Positions 24,640 to 37,250 of a stretch of DNA of 64,000 nucleotides are shown here, one piece after another (within the stretch, counting starts at the first letter, position 1; each line of letters begins with the position of its first letter). The notes under the pieces are model-generated. The model was not told the origin of the DNA. It searched no databases and worked only from the letters and a program-made list of their open reading frames with translations. The stretch is taken from assembly GCF_964194155.1 (NCBI RefSeq), contig NC_135898.1:58218001-58282000 (forward strand). Direction: 5' to 3'. This DNA is from Cetorhinus maximus. Its lineage: Eukaryota. A program made the position numbers and the translations under genes.

Positions 24640-26745
24640 AAAATAACAAGTGACATCACAAGACAGCGCGAGAGCGCGGCGGAGAGATCAGAACCAGCGC
24701 AAGTGCGGGGAAGCTTCAAAAAGTGACGTCAGCACAAAAGTGAGAGCTGATTGGTGAGTAGTGGGTAAGTTTAAAGTAGATCTCCAGTTTAAAATAGATT
24801 AGCTAAATTAAAATAGATTAAGCTAAGGAAAGGTAAGGGTGCATCTCGCTTGAGAACCGTTTTTCTGTGTTGGTAAACGGTGAGCGTGACGGTTCCTCTG
24901 GGGAGTACAGCCATGCTCATGGCACTGAGAGTGGCTCAGCTGCACAGGGGAGGAAAAGAGGGGAAGAGCAATAGTGGTAGGAGACTCGATAGTAAGGGGA
25001 ACAGACAGGCGTTTCTGCGGCCGTGACTCCAGGATGGTATGCTGCTTCCCTCGTGCCAGGGTCAAAGATGTCACTGAACGGCTGCAGGGTATTCTAAAGG
25101 GGGAGGGCAAACATACAGAGATCGTGGCACATGTTGGTACCAACGACATAAGTAGAAAGAGGGATGAGGTTCTGCAAGCAGAATTTAGGGAGCAAGGAAA
25201 CAGATTAAAAAACAGGACCTCAAAGATAGTAATTTCTGGATTACTTCCAGTGCCACACGCTAGTGAGTATAGAAATAGGAGGTTAGTCCATATGAATGCA
25301 TGGCTGGAGAGATGGTGCAGGAGGGAGGGCTTTAGATTTTTGGGACACTGGGACCTTGGAGTCTAACCTCAGTGGTGGGGAAACTATTGGAAGCAATTCT
25401 GAGGGACAGAATTAATCTACACTTGGAGAGGCAGGGATTAATCGAAGACAGTCAGCATGGTTTTGTTAAGGGGAGGTCATGTCTTACCAATTTGATTGAA
25501 TTTTTCGAAGAGGTGACCAGGTATGTAGATGAGGGCAATGCATTTGATGCAGTTTACTTGGACTTCAGCAAGGCTTTTGATAAGGTCCCACATGGGAGAC
25601 TGATAACGAAGGTAAGAGCCCATGGGATCCAAGGCAATTTGGCAAATTGGATCCAGAATTGGCTGAGTCACAGGAAGCAGAGGGTGATGGTCGAGGGGTG
25701 TTTTTGTGACTGGATGCCTGTGTCCATTGGGGTTCCACAGGGATCGGTGTTGGGTCCTTTGCTGTTTGTGGTATATATAAACGCTTTAGACTTGAATGTA
25801 GGAGAGTTGATCAGTAAGTTCGCGAATGACACGGAAATTGGTCTGGTGGTAAATAGTGAGGAGGATATCCTTAGATTACAGGAGGATATAGACGGGCTGG
25901 TCAGATGGGCTGATCAGTGGCAAATGAATTTAATCCTAATAAGTGTGAAATGATGCGCTTGGGCAGGACAAACAAGGCATGGGAATACACAATGAATGGT
26001 GGGACCCTGGGAAGTACCAAGGATCAGAGGGACCTTGGTGTGCATGTCCACCGGCCCCTTAAGGTGGCGGGACAGGTAGATAAGGTGGTTAAGAAGACAG
26101 AAGGGATACTTGCCTTTGTTAGCCGAGGCATAGAATACAAGAGCAGGGAGGTTACGCTGGAACTGTATAAAACTCTGGTTAGGCCACAGCTAGAGCATTG
26201 CGTGCAGTTCTGGAATCCACATTATCGGAAGAATGTGATTGCACTAGAGAGAGTGCAGAGGAGATTTACCAGGATGTTGCCTGGGCTGGAGAGTTTTAGT
26301 TATGAGGAGAGATTGGATAGACTGGGATTATTTTCCCTGGAGCAGAGGAGATTGAGGGGGACATGACTGAGGTGTATAAAATTATGAGGGGCATAGATAG
26401 GGTAGACAGGAAGGAATTTTTCCCGTTGGTGGAGGGATCAATAATTAGGGGGCATAGATTTAAGGTAAGGGGCAGGAGATTTAGAGGGGATGTGAGGAAG
26501 AATTTTTTCACCCAGAGGTTGGTGGGAATCTGGAACTCACTGCCTGAAAGGGTGGTAGAGGCAGAAACCCTCATAACATTTAAGAAGTATTTGGATGCGC
26601 ACTTGCGATGCCATGGCATACAAGGCTGTGGGCCTAGTGCTGAAAAATGGGATTAGAATAGTTAGGTACTTGTTTGACTGGCGCAGACTTGATGGGTTGA
26701 AGGGCCTTTTTCTGTGCTGTAGACCTCTATGACTATGACTCTATG
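24640..26745 (+). mobile_element. CR1 LINE with 5' UTR, ORF1 SGNH esterase fragment, internal deletion and RT/3' end
   Basis: ORF 24974-25366 (VGDSIVRG..HVGTND, CR1 ORF1 esterase) is joined near 25355-25360 to mid-ORF2 (25372-26656). Tail ctctatgactatgactctatg. Confidence 0.92.
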
Positions 26746-27573
26746 CTAGTCAACATTCATCAGCTGTTAATCAGATTTTAATTATGCATATCATCAAGTG
26801 ATGATATTTTGCACCATGCTTGTCATTTAAATAAAGCTAGTGATTTAATTGGCTTAATTAATTTTGTGCTCTTTTATGCCAAGGACATCAGAGATTATTA
26901 TTCACATGGGTGGGAAGAAATGAATGAGTTTGTAGAAAGATGTAATATATGAGCAGCAGATGGTAATAAAATAGCTTGTATTTCTATAATTGTTTTGTCC
27001 TCAAAGCTATCAACTTGTGCACTGAAAATTTAGCAAAATATAATTATTATGCTAGAAAGTATAATTGACATTAAATCAAAAAGAAGCTCATAAATGGAGA
27101 GAATCTGGTGATTTTTGGGGATCCCATTAACAAGTACCATCATCAAAGGTCTGGATGTTCTCCACTTGCTTTTTAAGGAGATCTGCGTATTGAAATATCC
27201 ATTGAAGATCAGAGATAGAGAGCACATCACGATAACTCAGTTATTAATTTGTGGTCTATTTACTGTGTGTGTGGCTTGAGTGTAGGGAAAATCAGTTAAG
27301 TAACATTACTTAGGAAGGTGTCTTTGATACACCAATGTGAATTTGTCAGCATTTGTGAAGGCGCTAAGGATTCACAAATTGATAAATCTCTGCAAAAATG
27401 AATACTGTTAATTGTAGGATTGTGGTTTGATCATTATTATGGCTAAAGATGAATCACTATTTACTGACCAGTTAGTTTTAGTGGCTGAAAAATAAAATCC
27501 ACCCTGAGAAGTGATTTCCCCACAGTGTTTAGGGAGTAAAGAACACAACAAACATGAATGGTATATAAATATT

Positions 27574-27884
27574 AAAGCAAAAAACTGCGGATGCTGGAAA
27601 TCCAAAACAAAAACAAAAATACCTGGAAAAACTCAGCAGGCCTGGCAGCATCTGCGGAGAGGGACACAGTTAACTTTTTAAGTCCGAATGACCCTTCAAC
27701 AGAACTAAGTAAAAATAGAAGAGAGGTGAAATATTTATTCTATTTTTACTTAGTTCTGTTGAAGGGTCATTCGGACTCGAAACGTTAACTGTGTCCCTCT
27801 CTGCAGATGCTGCCAGACCTGCTGAGTTTTTCCAGGTGTTTTTGTTTTTGTTTTGGATTTCCAGCATCTGCAGTTTTTTGCTTT
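27574..27884. repeat. Inverted pair of Penelope pseudo-LTR ends (147-bp arms, 17-bp spacer)
   Basis: 27574-27720 is the near-perfect reverse complement of 27738-27884. The right arm matches the Penelope end at 9670-9773. Confidence 0.92.
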
Positions 27885-29120
27885 TATCTGAAAGGAAACC
27901 TGTCTGCAACAATTGACTTGGATAATTATCAGCTATAGGGGCAATGTTTGTCCTCATTTAACCAATTCAAAGGGACTAGATGTGGAAAAAATATGATGGG
28001 ATTGCAAATTATGAACTCAGACTTCTCTTAGATTTCTCTTATCTGGCTGTACCATCTATATAATTAATCCAACAGTGTGCATCCCAGTGGCTGCTGCACA
28101 GGGGCTGACATTTTTCTATTAGATGAATTGATGTTAATTTGCAAGTTAAATCTTAGGGATGGAGTGTTTTTTTGTGCTGATGTAAATCTTTTGTTCAAAG
28201 TAATGTTGGTCAGAGCTGTTTTTATTTGATGTGCATAATGCTTTACTTTTGTTTGGAGTGGGAGTATGGGTGATAATTGCTTCAAGATCCACTGGGCTGC
28301 TCACAGAACTTGTATTAACGGAGTAGCTGTGGGTGTGAAGAGAGTTGTGAAATGCTGGGCCACCGTGGCAGGGAAAGTGAGGGAAACTTGGAAAATATCC
28401 CCTTCCAGATTGGAAATAACAAATGGAAAGCGACTTTCTACTATGATGCAACCTGTGGGCTTTTCTTCTCTAACTGGTAGTCAAACGTTGTATAGGAGCA
28501 TAAAATACTATCTTTCATACTGTTAACCTAGCTTCATAATAAAGCTTTCCTTCAAAAAGCTCATTGATGTTTAACGTAATTCTTAGAGTTATGGTGCTCT
28601 TTGTTTAAAGAGAACCCTGAGCTAGGGTAGAAGATGCTATTGTCACCAGAGGCTAATTCTATGTTTTCAAAGTCTATGTGATTATGTTTAGAGCTATGAG
28701 TCACAAATATTAATGCAGGACCTATAGACTCCTCAATATGTTTCGACATACTTGCTGATAATCTAGACTTTTGTGGCATGCTGTTGGTGATGTTGGAAGA
28801 TCTTATCTAGGTGAATGTACTTTGACATCCATTTATGCTTACTGTTCTTAACTTTGGCATACAGACAGTTTCTTGTAGAGATATTTCATTAGCTGATTCT
28901 AACTGGCATTTGTCATGTAATGTGTTGTTTTTAATCTGCTAGCCTTTGCTTTGGCAGCTATTGGACCTACCGTCTAATGGCTAACAAGTCTTAATTGAAT
29001 TCTGATGAATTGCACACAAAATATCATAACTTGTTCTACAGATGCTGATTGAGACACTATATATTTCTAGCATTTTTCTGTTTTTACGCCTAATTCCAGC
29101 ATCTGCTTTAATTTGAACAG

Positions 29121-29274
29121 GTAAAGTGGGCTAGAGAAAACTACCACCACAGTATTGGCTCTCCATATTCCCTGCGCTTGGCATCTGCAGATACTGTAGG
29201 AAAGATCATAGTTTGGGATGTGGCTACAGGAGCAGCAAGATGCGAGATTCAGGAATACACCAAACCCATTCAAG
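29121..29274 (+). CDS. WDR11: WDR11 coding exon 3 (VKWARENYHHSIGSPYSLRLASADTVGKIIVWDVATGAARCEIQEYTKPIQ)
   Basis: AG acceptor at 29119-29120, G|GTAAGT donor, 154 bp; WD40 GKIIVWD motif. Confidence 0.96.
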
Positions 29275-29290
29275 GTAAGTGATTAAGTCA

Positions 29291-30386
29291 TGATAAAAGC
29301 TGGTGTGGTGCAAGGTTTGTGAGCTGTACACACATACAGCATGATGACAGTGTTGTAGTAGAGGATTCCAGGTTGCTGACTGAACCTTTTGAAATATACA
29401 AGGGTTTGAAATGTGCTCACACCACTCCCTGACATAATGATCTTCATAGCTTGCTTCAGAAGTTCAAACCTAGAATCTCTGCCACAGCAAGCTTTTTACT
29501 TCAAGAGCTTCTGCTAATTCTCACTGTCTGTTTCTTTTGTTTGAGTCATTTAGCTGATGGTTTACATATTTAAGTTTGTTAAGAAATGTGGACTTGTCTT
29601 GTTCTGGGCAGAGACCGGGGACTCCATTTTCTGGCAGGTCCAAGAGCTCTGGCACATGCATGGATTGCAGCAGGGTGACAGGCCATGTTTGCTCAGTTTA
29701 TGGCATTCTTTTGATAGCTGCATGGATTGTGAAGTGTGCCTGTGTGGCATGAAAATAACAATCGCAGGACCTGGTTTGGCGCTATAACAATGGGAATCCT
29801 GGGACAGAGAGAGAAAACCCAGAGAGGGAGACTACTGATAGGAGCCACCAGAAAGAGAAACTGCAGGGTGTTGAGAAGCTGAAGATGGGGCTCCAAGCAG
29901 CAAAAGCACTCTTGTTGGCAGAATCTCAGGAGGAAAGATTAAACCATCAGGAGGTGAGCAGTCATTGAAGCAGTCCAAGTTGGAGTGACATTTGGAGGGA
30001 ATTCAGAGACTAGATGTTCAAAAGTAAAGACTTGAAATCCCTCATGAGGGAGACAGAGTTTTAGTGAGATTGTACTACTCACAGTGGACACTCATGTCTG
30101 GGTAGGTTGCTGAGAATTCCGTAAGATCTGCCTTGGTTGCATCTGCCATTTATTGTGTAGTGTGTTCGACCAGTTTGCCTGTTAATTCACATGTACCTCA
30201 TGTTATTCTGAATGTTGGAGTATAAGATAGATTTAAATTGTTTTACTTTTCTGACTTTGTATAGTAATGTTTATTTTGTTTGAAAACCGTGGAATCCTGT
30301 GGCTTTATTCTCTTAGTAAGCGCCAGGGATTTTAAATTTTGTCTACTTTGAACAAAAAGCTACTGGTCCCTAACTGGATCGTAACA
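29291..30386. mobile_element. Probable solo LTR (~1.1 kb)
   Basis: Starts TGATA and ends CGTAACA. Flanks AGTCA (29286-29290) and AGTCT (30387-30391) form a near-match TSD. No coding motifs inside. Confidence 0.55.
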
Positions 30387-31089
30387 AGTCTGATAGTGTT
30401 AGAATGGCTTACTCTGATAGAACGATAACGCCTTTTAATTTGTTTTTGAACTACCATATTCTCACCTTTGGCTGATTGTAGCTTACCTGCACTATATTTG
30501 AAAATGATTAAAAGTTCTCCAATTTTACTGTAACAAGCAACTTTTGGGAGGTGGAGCCTTCATTAATATCTCCATTTTCAACTATTATAGGGCCCAGCAT
30601 GCGAGTGCAAGGCCAAAGTACTTGTTAATGTTTTCAGCCAAAAGTGTTGAGTGGATAACCCTGCTCTGGCTCTGCTCCAAGAAGTAACCATTATAGATGC
30701 CAGTGTACAACCAATTTGGATCATACAACCAATTTGGATCACTCCATCTCTCTGGGTGCACTGGACACAACAAAGCCATGGACCAAGACAACATCCCACT
30801 TTAGTATAGAAGACCTATGCCACAGAAGTAACACTCCCTCCAGCAAAGCTGCTGTAATACAGTTATGTTGTTGGCATTTATGTGACAGTATGGAAGATTG
30901 TCCACTTCACGAAGCACGTCAAATCCAGATGGTTAATGTCCTATTCAGCTCCTCCTGATCAGCAGTAAAGTGCATTTAAGTCACCAATAGTGCCATCCAG
31001 TGGTACCCAATCACTTGTAAGTATCTCACCGATGCTCAGTTCAGGTTTTGCTAGAGCCACTTAGATAATTAGATAATTGGTTTAATCAC

Positions 31090-33505
31090 AGAATCAGAAT
31101 ACAGAATTCTTATGGTGTAGAAGGAGGCCATTCAGCTCATTGTGTCTGGACCAGCTGTCTGAACACTTTAACTTAGTGTCAATCTCCTGCCTTTTCTCCG
31201 TAACCCTGCGCATTGTTTCTATTTCAATAATCATCCAATGTCCTCTAGAATGCCTCAATTGAACCTGTCTCCACCACACTTCCAGACAGTGCATTCCAAA
31301 CCCTAACTACTTGCTGTGTGAAAAAGTTTATTGCAAAAAATCATGGCGATATGTGCCAAATTGCGATAATGATACAAATAAAACAAGTAATCATAATTCA
31401 TAACGTAGTTATACACAAGCATTAAAATAAAAACAACATATAAAATAAGAAAAAGTTTGCACAATTATGAACTTTTCAGTATACAAATAATTGCAACGTG
31501 TTGCAAAATGCATGTCTTAATTTACAGAATATAACTAAAAGGTATTTTGCACTTTGCATTTTGTATTAAAGCCCACATATATTATCAGGTTGAGTTCCTT
31601 AAATTCTCAATCATTTGAGTTTTATAAAGTAGGGGATTGGGCTGTCTCATAGTCTATTCGTTCTATATCTTATTTGCGGAATGGTACCTTTTCTTCTTAA
31701 TTGCATCGCACTTGGCTATAGATTTCATCACAATCTTGTTCCAGAATGGAAAATGAGAAGAATGCTTGAGAGGTAAGAGTAGCTTCCATTGACAGGATAG
31801 CACCAAGAAATTCTAAAAGACTAAGCTAATTTAGGGTCAAAGGGAAACCTGTCCTTTGACTAGACTCACTTGACGTCAATGCCGGCAACAACTTGTAATT
31901 ATATAACACTTCTAATATAACAGAATATGAACATACGACCAAGGAGTAGGCCATTCAGCCCTTCAAACTTGTTCCACCATTTAATAAGATCATGGCTGAT
32001 CTGATAGTAACCTGAAATCTGCATCCCACCTACCCCTGATAACACTATCACCCCCTTGCTTACCAAGAATCTATCCACCTCTGCCTTAAAAATATTCAAA
32101 GACTCTGCTTCCATTGCTTTTTCAGGAAGAGAGTTCCAAAGACTCATGACCCTCTGAGTGAAAAAAAATTTCACCTCATCTCTGTTGTAAATGGGCGACC
32201 CCTTATTTTTAAACAGTGACCCCCTAGTTCTAGATTCTTCCACAAAAGGAAACATCCTCTCCACATCCACCCTGTCAAGACCCCTCAGGATCTTAAATGT
32301 TTCAACCAAGTCGCCTCTTACTCTTCTAAACTCCAGCGGATACAAGCCTAGTCTGTCCAGCCTGTCTTCGTAAGACAACCCACCCATTTCAGGTATTAGT
32401 CTGGTAAACCACCTCTGCGCTGCTTCCAACGCGTTTACACCCTTCCTTAAATAAGGTGACCAATACTGAACACAGTACTTGAAATGTGGTCTCACAAGTG
32501 CTTTGTACAACTGAAGCATAACCTCCCTACTTTTGTATTCAATTCCCCTTGCAATAAATGATAACATTCTATTAGGTTTTCTAACTACTTGCTGTACTTG
32601 CATAATAGCCTTTTGTGATTCATGCACTAGGACATCCAGATCCCTCTGCACCTCAGAGCTCTACAATCTCTCACCATTTAGATGATATACTTCTCTTTTA
32701 TTCTTGCCAAAATGGACAATTTCACATTTTCTTGATGTCTCGAATGTTTCAGGGTGCTTAACAAGAGTGGTTTCAATGAAAGCATTATTAACACTGAGCC
32801 ACAGAAGGAGATATCAGGGCATATAGCCAAAAGCCTGATCATAGAGAGGTTTTAAGCAGGACCTTGAAAGAAGACAGAGTAGAGTGGTGGAGAGGTTTAG
32901 GGAGGGAATTCCAGAACTTACAACCTAGATGTCTGAAAGCCATGACTGCCATTAATGGAGCAGTTAAAATTAAGGATTGCAAGAGGCCAGAATCATAGAA
33001 TGGTTACAGCACAGAAGGAGGCCATTCAGCTCATCATGTCCATGCCAGCTCTCTACAAGAGCGACTCGCCTAGAGCACCTCCGAATCCTTACCCCAGAGC
33101 CCTGAAAATTTTTACCCTTCAGATATTGATCATATTCCCCCCTGAATCCCATGACTGGGATTCCATGACTTGTGCCTCCAGCACACATCCAGGCAGAGCA
33201 CTCCAGACCCCAACCATTCGCTGTGTGAGAAAGGTTTTCCTCATGTTGTCATTGCTTCCCCTACCAACTACCCAAAATCTGTGCCTCCTCGTACCCGACT
33301 CTTCCACCAGTGGGAACAGCCTCTCCCCATCCACTCCGTCCACACTGCTCACGACTCTGAACACCCCCACCGAATCTCCCCTCAACCCTCTCCTCTCCAC
33401 GGAGAACAGCCCCAGCTTCTCCAATCTATCCCCCTAACTGAAGCGCCTCATTCCTGGACCTATTCTCGTGAATTTTCCTGCACCTTATCGAATGCCTTCT
33501 CACCT
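31090..33505 (-). mobile_element. Several CR1 3' fragments plus an L2 fragment
   Basis: ORF 31899-32651 (QRDLDVLVHES..ALVRPHFKYCVQYWSP..), ORF 33119-33424 and ORF 31094-31294. Confidence 0.85.
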
Positions 33506-34544
33506 CCGAGTCACAAGGATGTGGGTTCATGTCCCACTCTAGTAACTTAAACACTTAATCTAGGTTGACATATCAGAGCACTACTGAGGGAGCACTGCAC
33601 TGGTGGTGTTGTCTTATGTGTATTAAGTGCAGCCCTTTTAAGAGCTGCTTTCAAACTGCTGACCACTATGTAAATAAAACAAAATATGGCAGAAGCTGGA
33701 AATCTGAAATAAAAACAAAGTGCAGGAAAACTGACCACTATGTGCCCTAGATGATTCTTGTAGATAACTCTTTCCAAGGGACAGCACATACACGATGGGC
33801 CAAATGGCCTTTTGTACTGTAAGGTTTTATAGTTCAATACCCTCCTTGCTGGCTATCTTTTAGTAAATTCTGAGAGACAAAGTTCTGATTTATAATTCCT
33901 TCACAAGATCTGATCCACTCTGTATGAGGTACAGTAGATTGTCACACTGTTGTATACCTTCTCAAGCAATTACCTTATCGATTTCAAGTGAATATCAGCG
34001 GTCGTTACTCTGGCTCCTCGGGCTGGACCAATGTAAGCCACTTATAGCAAAGGCATTGAAGCACTTATTTCATTTATATTAACCTGTGCGTTGTCACGAT
34101 TATAGACATGTTGACACCGCCACCCTTCATTTTCTTGCAAATTCGCTCTGGCGCATCAGCAAGGCCTAAAAGATTGTAATCGCGTTGGTTGAAAGACTGC
34201 AAACTTTTGGGTTTTAATGAATTACAGGCATGAGGACATAATGTGCTTACCTGTTGATGTTGATCCCGCCGCCCGAACAAAGTTCCAACCACAAAGCAGA
34301 CCCCACCCCGCCTACCCTGTCCCAAGTATGAGAGCTCTCATGACAAGTTTACCACCTGTTGTTTGAGGTGAGGAAGAGGGTTGTGCTCTTTTTGGGTGCT
34401 TTATTACGATTTTATATGCATCTCTGGTTTTTAACAATTTACCCTCAGCATTTATTTACCACTCTGCATTTCCTGTTTGTTTGAATGTATAAGTCAGAGT
34501 TTTAAAAATTGTAAAAGCTCCCCACTGACAGGCCCTTAAACACA

Positions 34545-37250
34545 TTAAACAGAATTGGAGGAGGGCTGAGATCTCAAAGGCTTTATAAGGCTGGAGGAGG
34601 TTAGAGATAGGGGCCGTGAAAACAAGAATGAGAATTTGAATTTGAGGCACTGTTTGAGGGGGAGTGGGTGTAGGGCAGCAAGCACAAGTTGATGGTTTAA
34701 TGAGAATTGGAGCGAGTTAAGATATAGGCAACAGATTTTGGATGAGCACGAGTTTACAAAGGATGAAAGATGGAAGGCCAGCCAAGAGAGCATTGGAATA
34801 GTCAATTCTAGAGATAACAAAGGCAGGGGAGAGGGTTTCACCAGTAGATGAGCTGAGGGCTGGGAATCAGGTGGTGTTATGGAGGTGCAAATAGCCAACC
34901 TTGGTGATGGAATGGATATGTGATTCGAAGGTAATCTCAAAGTCAAACAAAACAGCAAGTTTATGAGTGGCCTGGGTCAACTTCAGACAATTGCCTGGGG
35001 TGAAAATGGAGACCAGAGCATGCAGGTTGTGGCGAGGACCAAAGACAATGGATTCAGTCTTCCCAATATATATTTGGAGAAAATTAAACGTAGGACAGTC
35101 TGACAAATCAGACAAAATGGAAGGGTCCAGAGAGGTGACGGTGCGATAAGCTGAGTGTTGTCAGCGTACATGTGCAACCTGCTGGGTATGTTTTTGGATG
35201 ATATCACTAAGGGATAGCTTGTAGATGAGAAATAGAAGTGAGCAACAATAGATCCTTGGTTGAACTACAGAGGCAATAAAGCGGAGTGGGAAGAGAAGCT
35301 GTTTCAGGTCATTCGCTGATTCCATTCTTGTCTATGAATTTGTAGCCAATCAACTGAACAACAGAGGAGAGGCATTGGAGAAGGTTGTGTTGCAGATGGG
35401 TCGAGAAGGAAGGACATTTTACCATGGTCACCGTCACGCAGAATGTCATTTGTAACTTTAAGGGCAATTTCAATACTTTGGCAGGGCTGGAAACCTGATT
35501 GGAGGGTTTCATACATTGAAATCAGGGAAAGATGGGCATGAATTTGGTAGGCAGCGCCACATTCAGGGACTTTGGAAAGGAAAGGGAGGTTAGATTTTGG
35601 GAAGTAATTTGTAAGGACAGATAGGTGAAGGGACTTATTTTGAGAGAGGTGAAGGCAGCATATTTGCAAGGTGATGGAGAGGCAGTCCCTGAGGAGAGGG
35701 AATCATTAACAATATCAACTGACGATGGGTCCTGGAGGGGAACTTGGATGATCAACATTTTGGTTGACGTAGGATCAAAGAAGCAGGAGGTAGGCCTTGT
35801 GGACAAACTGAACTTTGTAAAGAACAAGGCAGGAGATGGGGTAGAAGCTAGAGAGAGACATGCATTTGGGGCTAGAATGCTGGGGACCTTAGGAAAAGTT
35901 TGGCCCAGTGGACTAGAGGAAGGGAGGAAAAATGCAGAGGCAGCTGAATGGATGGTCTTGACCTTTGACAAAAATGTCCATGAGCTCTTCACACCTTTTG
36001 TTGTAGGTGAGGATGGAGGAGCCAGGGGTGGTTTAAGAAAATAGTTTGTGGTGGTAAAAGGAAGCCAGAGGTTATGTTTGCATTCCTGACTGGCCGTTGA
36101 ATAGTGAGCAATTCTAACAATAGAGAGCAGGACTCATTAACACCATTTGGCTCAGCCCAATCTGATGATGGATAGTGAGACCATTTGTCTGTCAAGTGTA
36201 TTCAAATCTATATGCATTGGACTTGAGGGAGAATAGATGGGGTATACTAGGGGAGCCACCTGGATGAGAGAGAAAGTAATGGTTTTTATGGGCTTGGTTA
36301 CATCAGAGTTGGTGGAAAGAGTGTGATTTAGCAAATTGGTAGCTGCATAACTATCATGATGAATTGTAGGCCAAAGGCTGGACATATGGGAAATTGAAAA
36401 TTCAGTGGTATGTGACTTAAGGAGAGTTTCTTCCAGGCTGAACGCACAAAGAAGTGGGTGTGCAACTGTGCAGGTTGGAGGAGAAAAATACTCATGCAAA
36501 GATATGATCAAAGAATGTAAGAGATAGGAGCAGGAGTAGGTCATTTGGCTCTTCCAGCCTGTTCTGCCATTCATTTGAGGACATAACTGATCTTCTACCT
36601 CGAGGTAGGCCTGTTTATATGGTGGGAGAGAGTTAGGGAGGAAAGGAGGACAGTGAGCTTGGAGGAGAGAACATGAGGTTGTTGAAATAGAAGTTGAAAT
36701 CATCAAGACGAGGATTCACTTGGTGTCGAGGTTGAGATTAGAAGGCAGAGAAGATATCTCTGTGTGGAACTTAGTGTGATGCCTGAATGAGAGGCCTGTG
36801 GGGTGGAATAAGGTTCAAAGGAGGAGAAGTTACCATAGGAGCAGGGAGTCAGCTCAAGGTGTGATTTAGAGATGAGGGCTGCATGTAATGGTTTGAGCAG
36901 GGTAAGTGGTGAAAAGTATAGTCAAGCAGGGAAGCTTTTATCAGAGGGAAGGTTCCATCTTCCCTCAGCCATGTCTCCATCAAGACCATGATGTTAATGT
37001 GATCATCCACACTAAGCTCATGGAAAGCAAAGACCTTTTTTGCAAGTTAAAGTTTGTTTTGAAAGGAGAAGCAGAGAGGGGAGATAATAGCTAATTCACT
37101 GGCAGCTTCTACAGGGCCAGAGCTGGGGGCGATGAAAAGGACGGTAGGAGGTTGGCAAGATTGCTCCCGCCAGGCAAGCATAGTAGAGAGAATAGGATGG
37201 GGCATTTGGGGTTTCTGCTCATTATAACCATCTTTATCTCCTAGTTGTCA
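34545..37250 (-). mobile_element. Degraded L2 LINE ORF2
   Basis: LHMYADNTQL (34983-35207); SNLPFLSKV..QSGFQP..IALKVTNDI (35304-35669); GKTESIVFGP. These are L2-type RT motifs. Confidence 0.85.

Noticed and set aside
27591-27957. Two mirror ORFs starting MLEIQNKNKNTWKNSAGLAASAERD
   Set aside because: Artefacts of the inverted Penelope repeat.
30706-30741. 18-bp direct repeat TACAACCAATTTGGATCA x2
   Set aside because: Simple slippage duplication inside a degraded repeat, with no sign of function.
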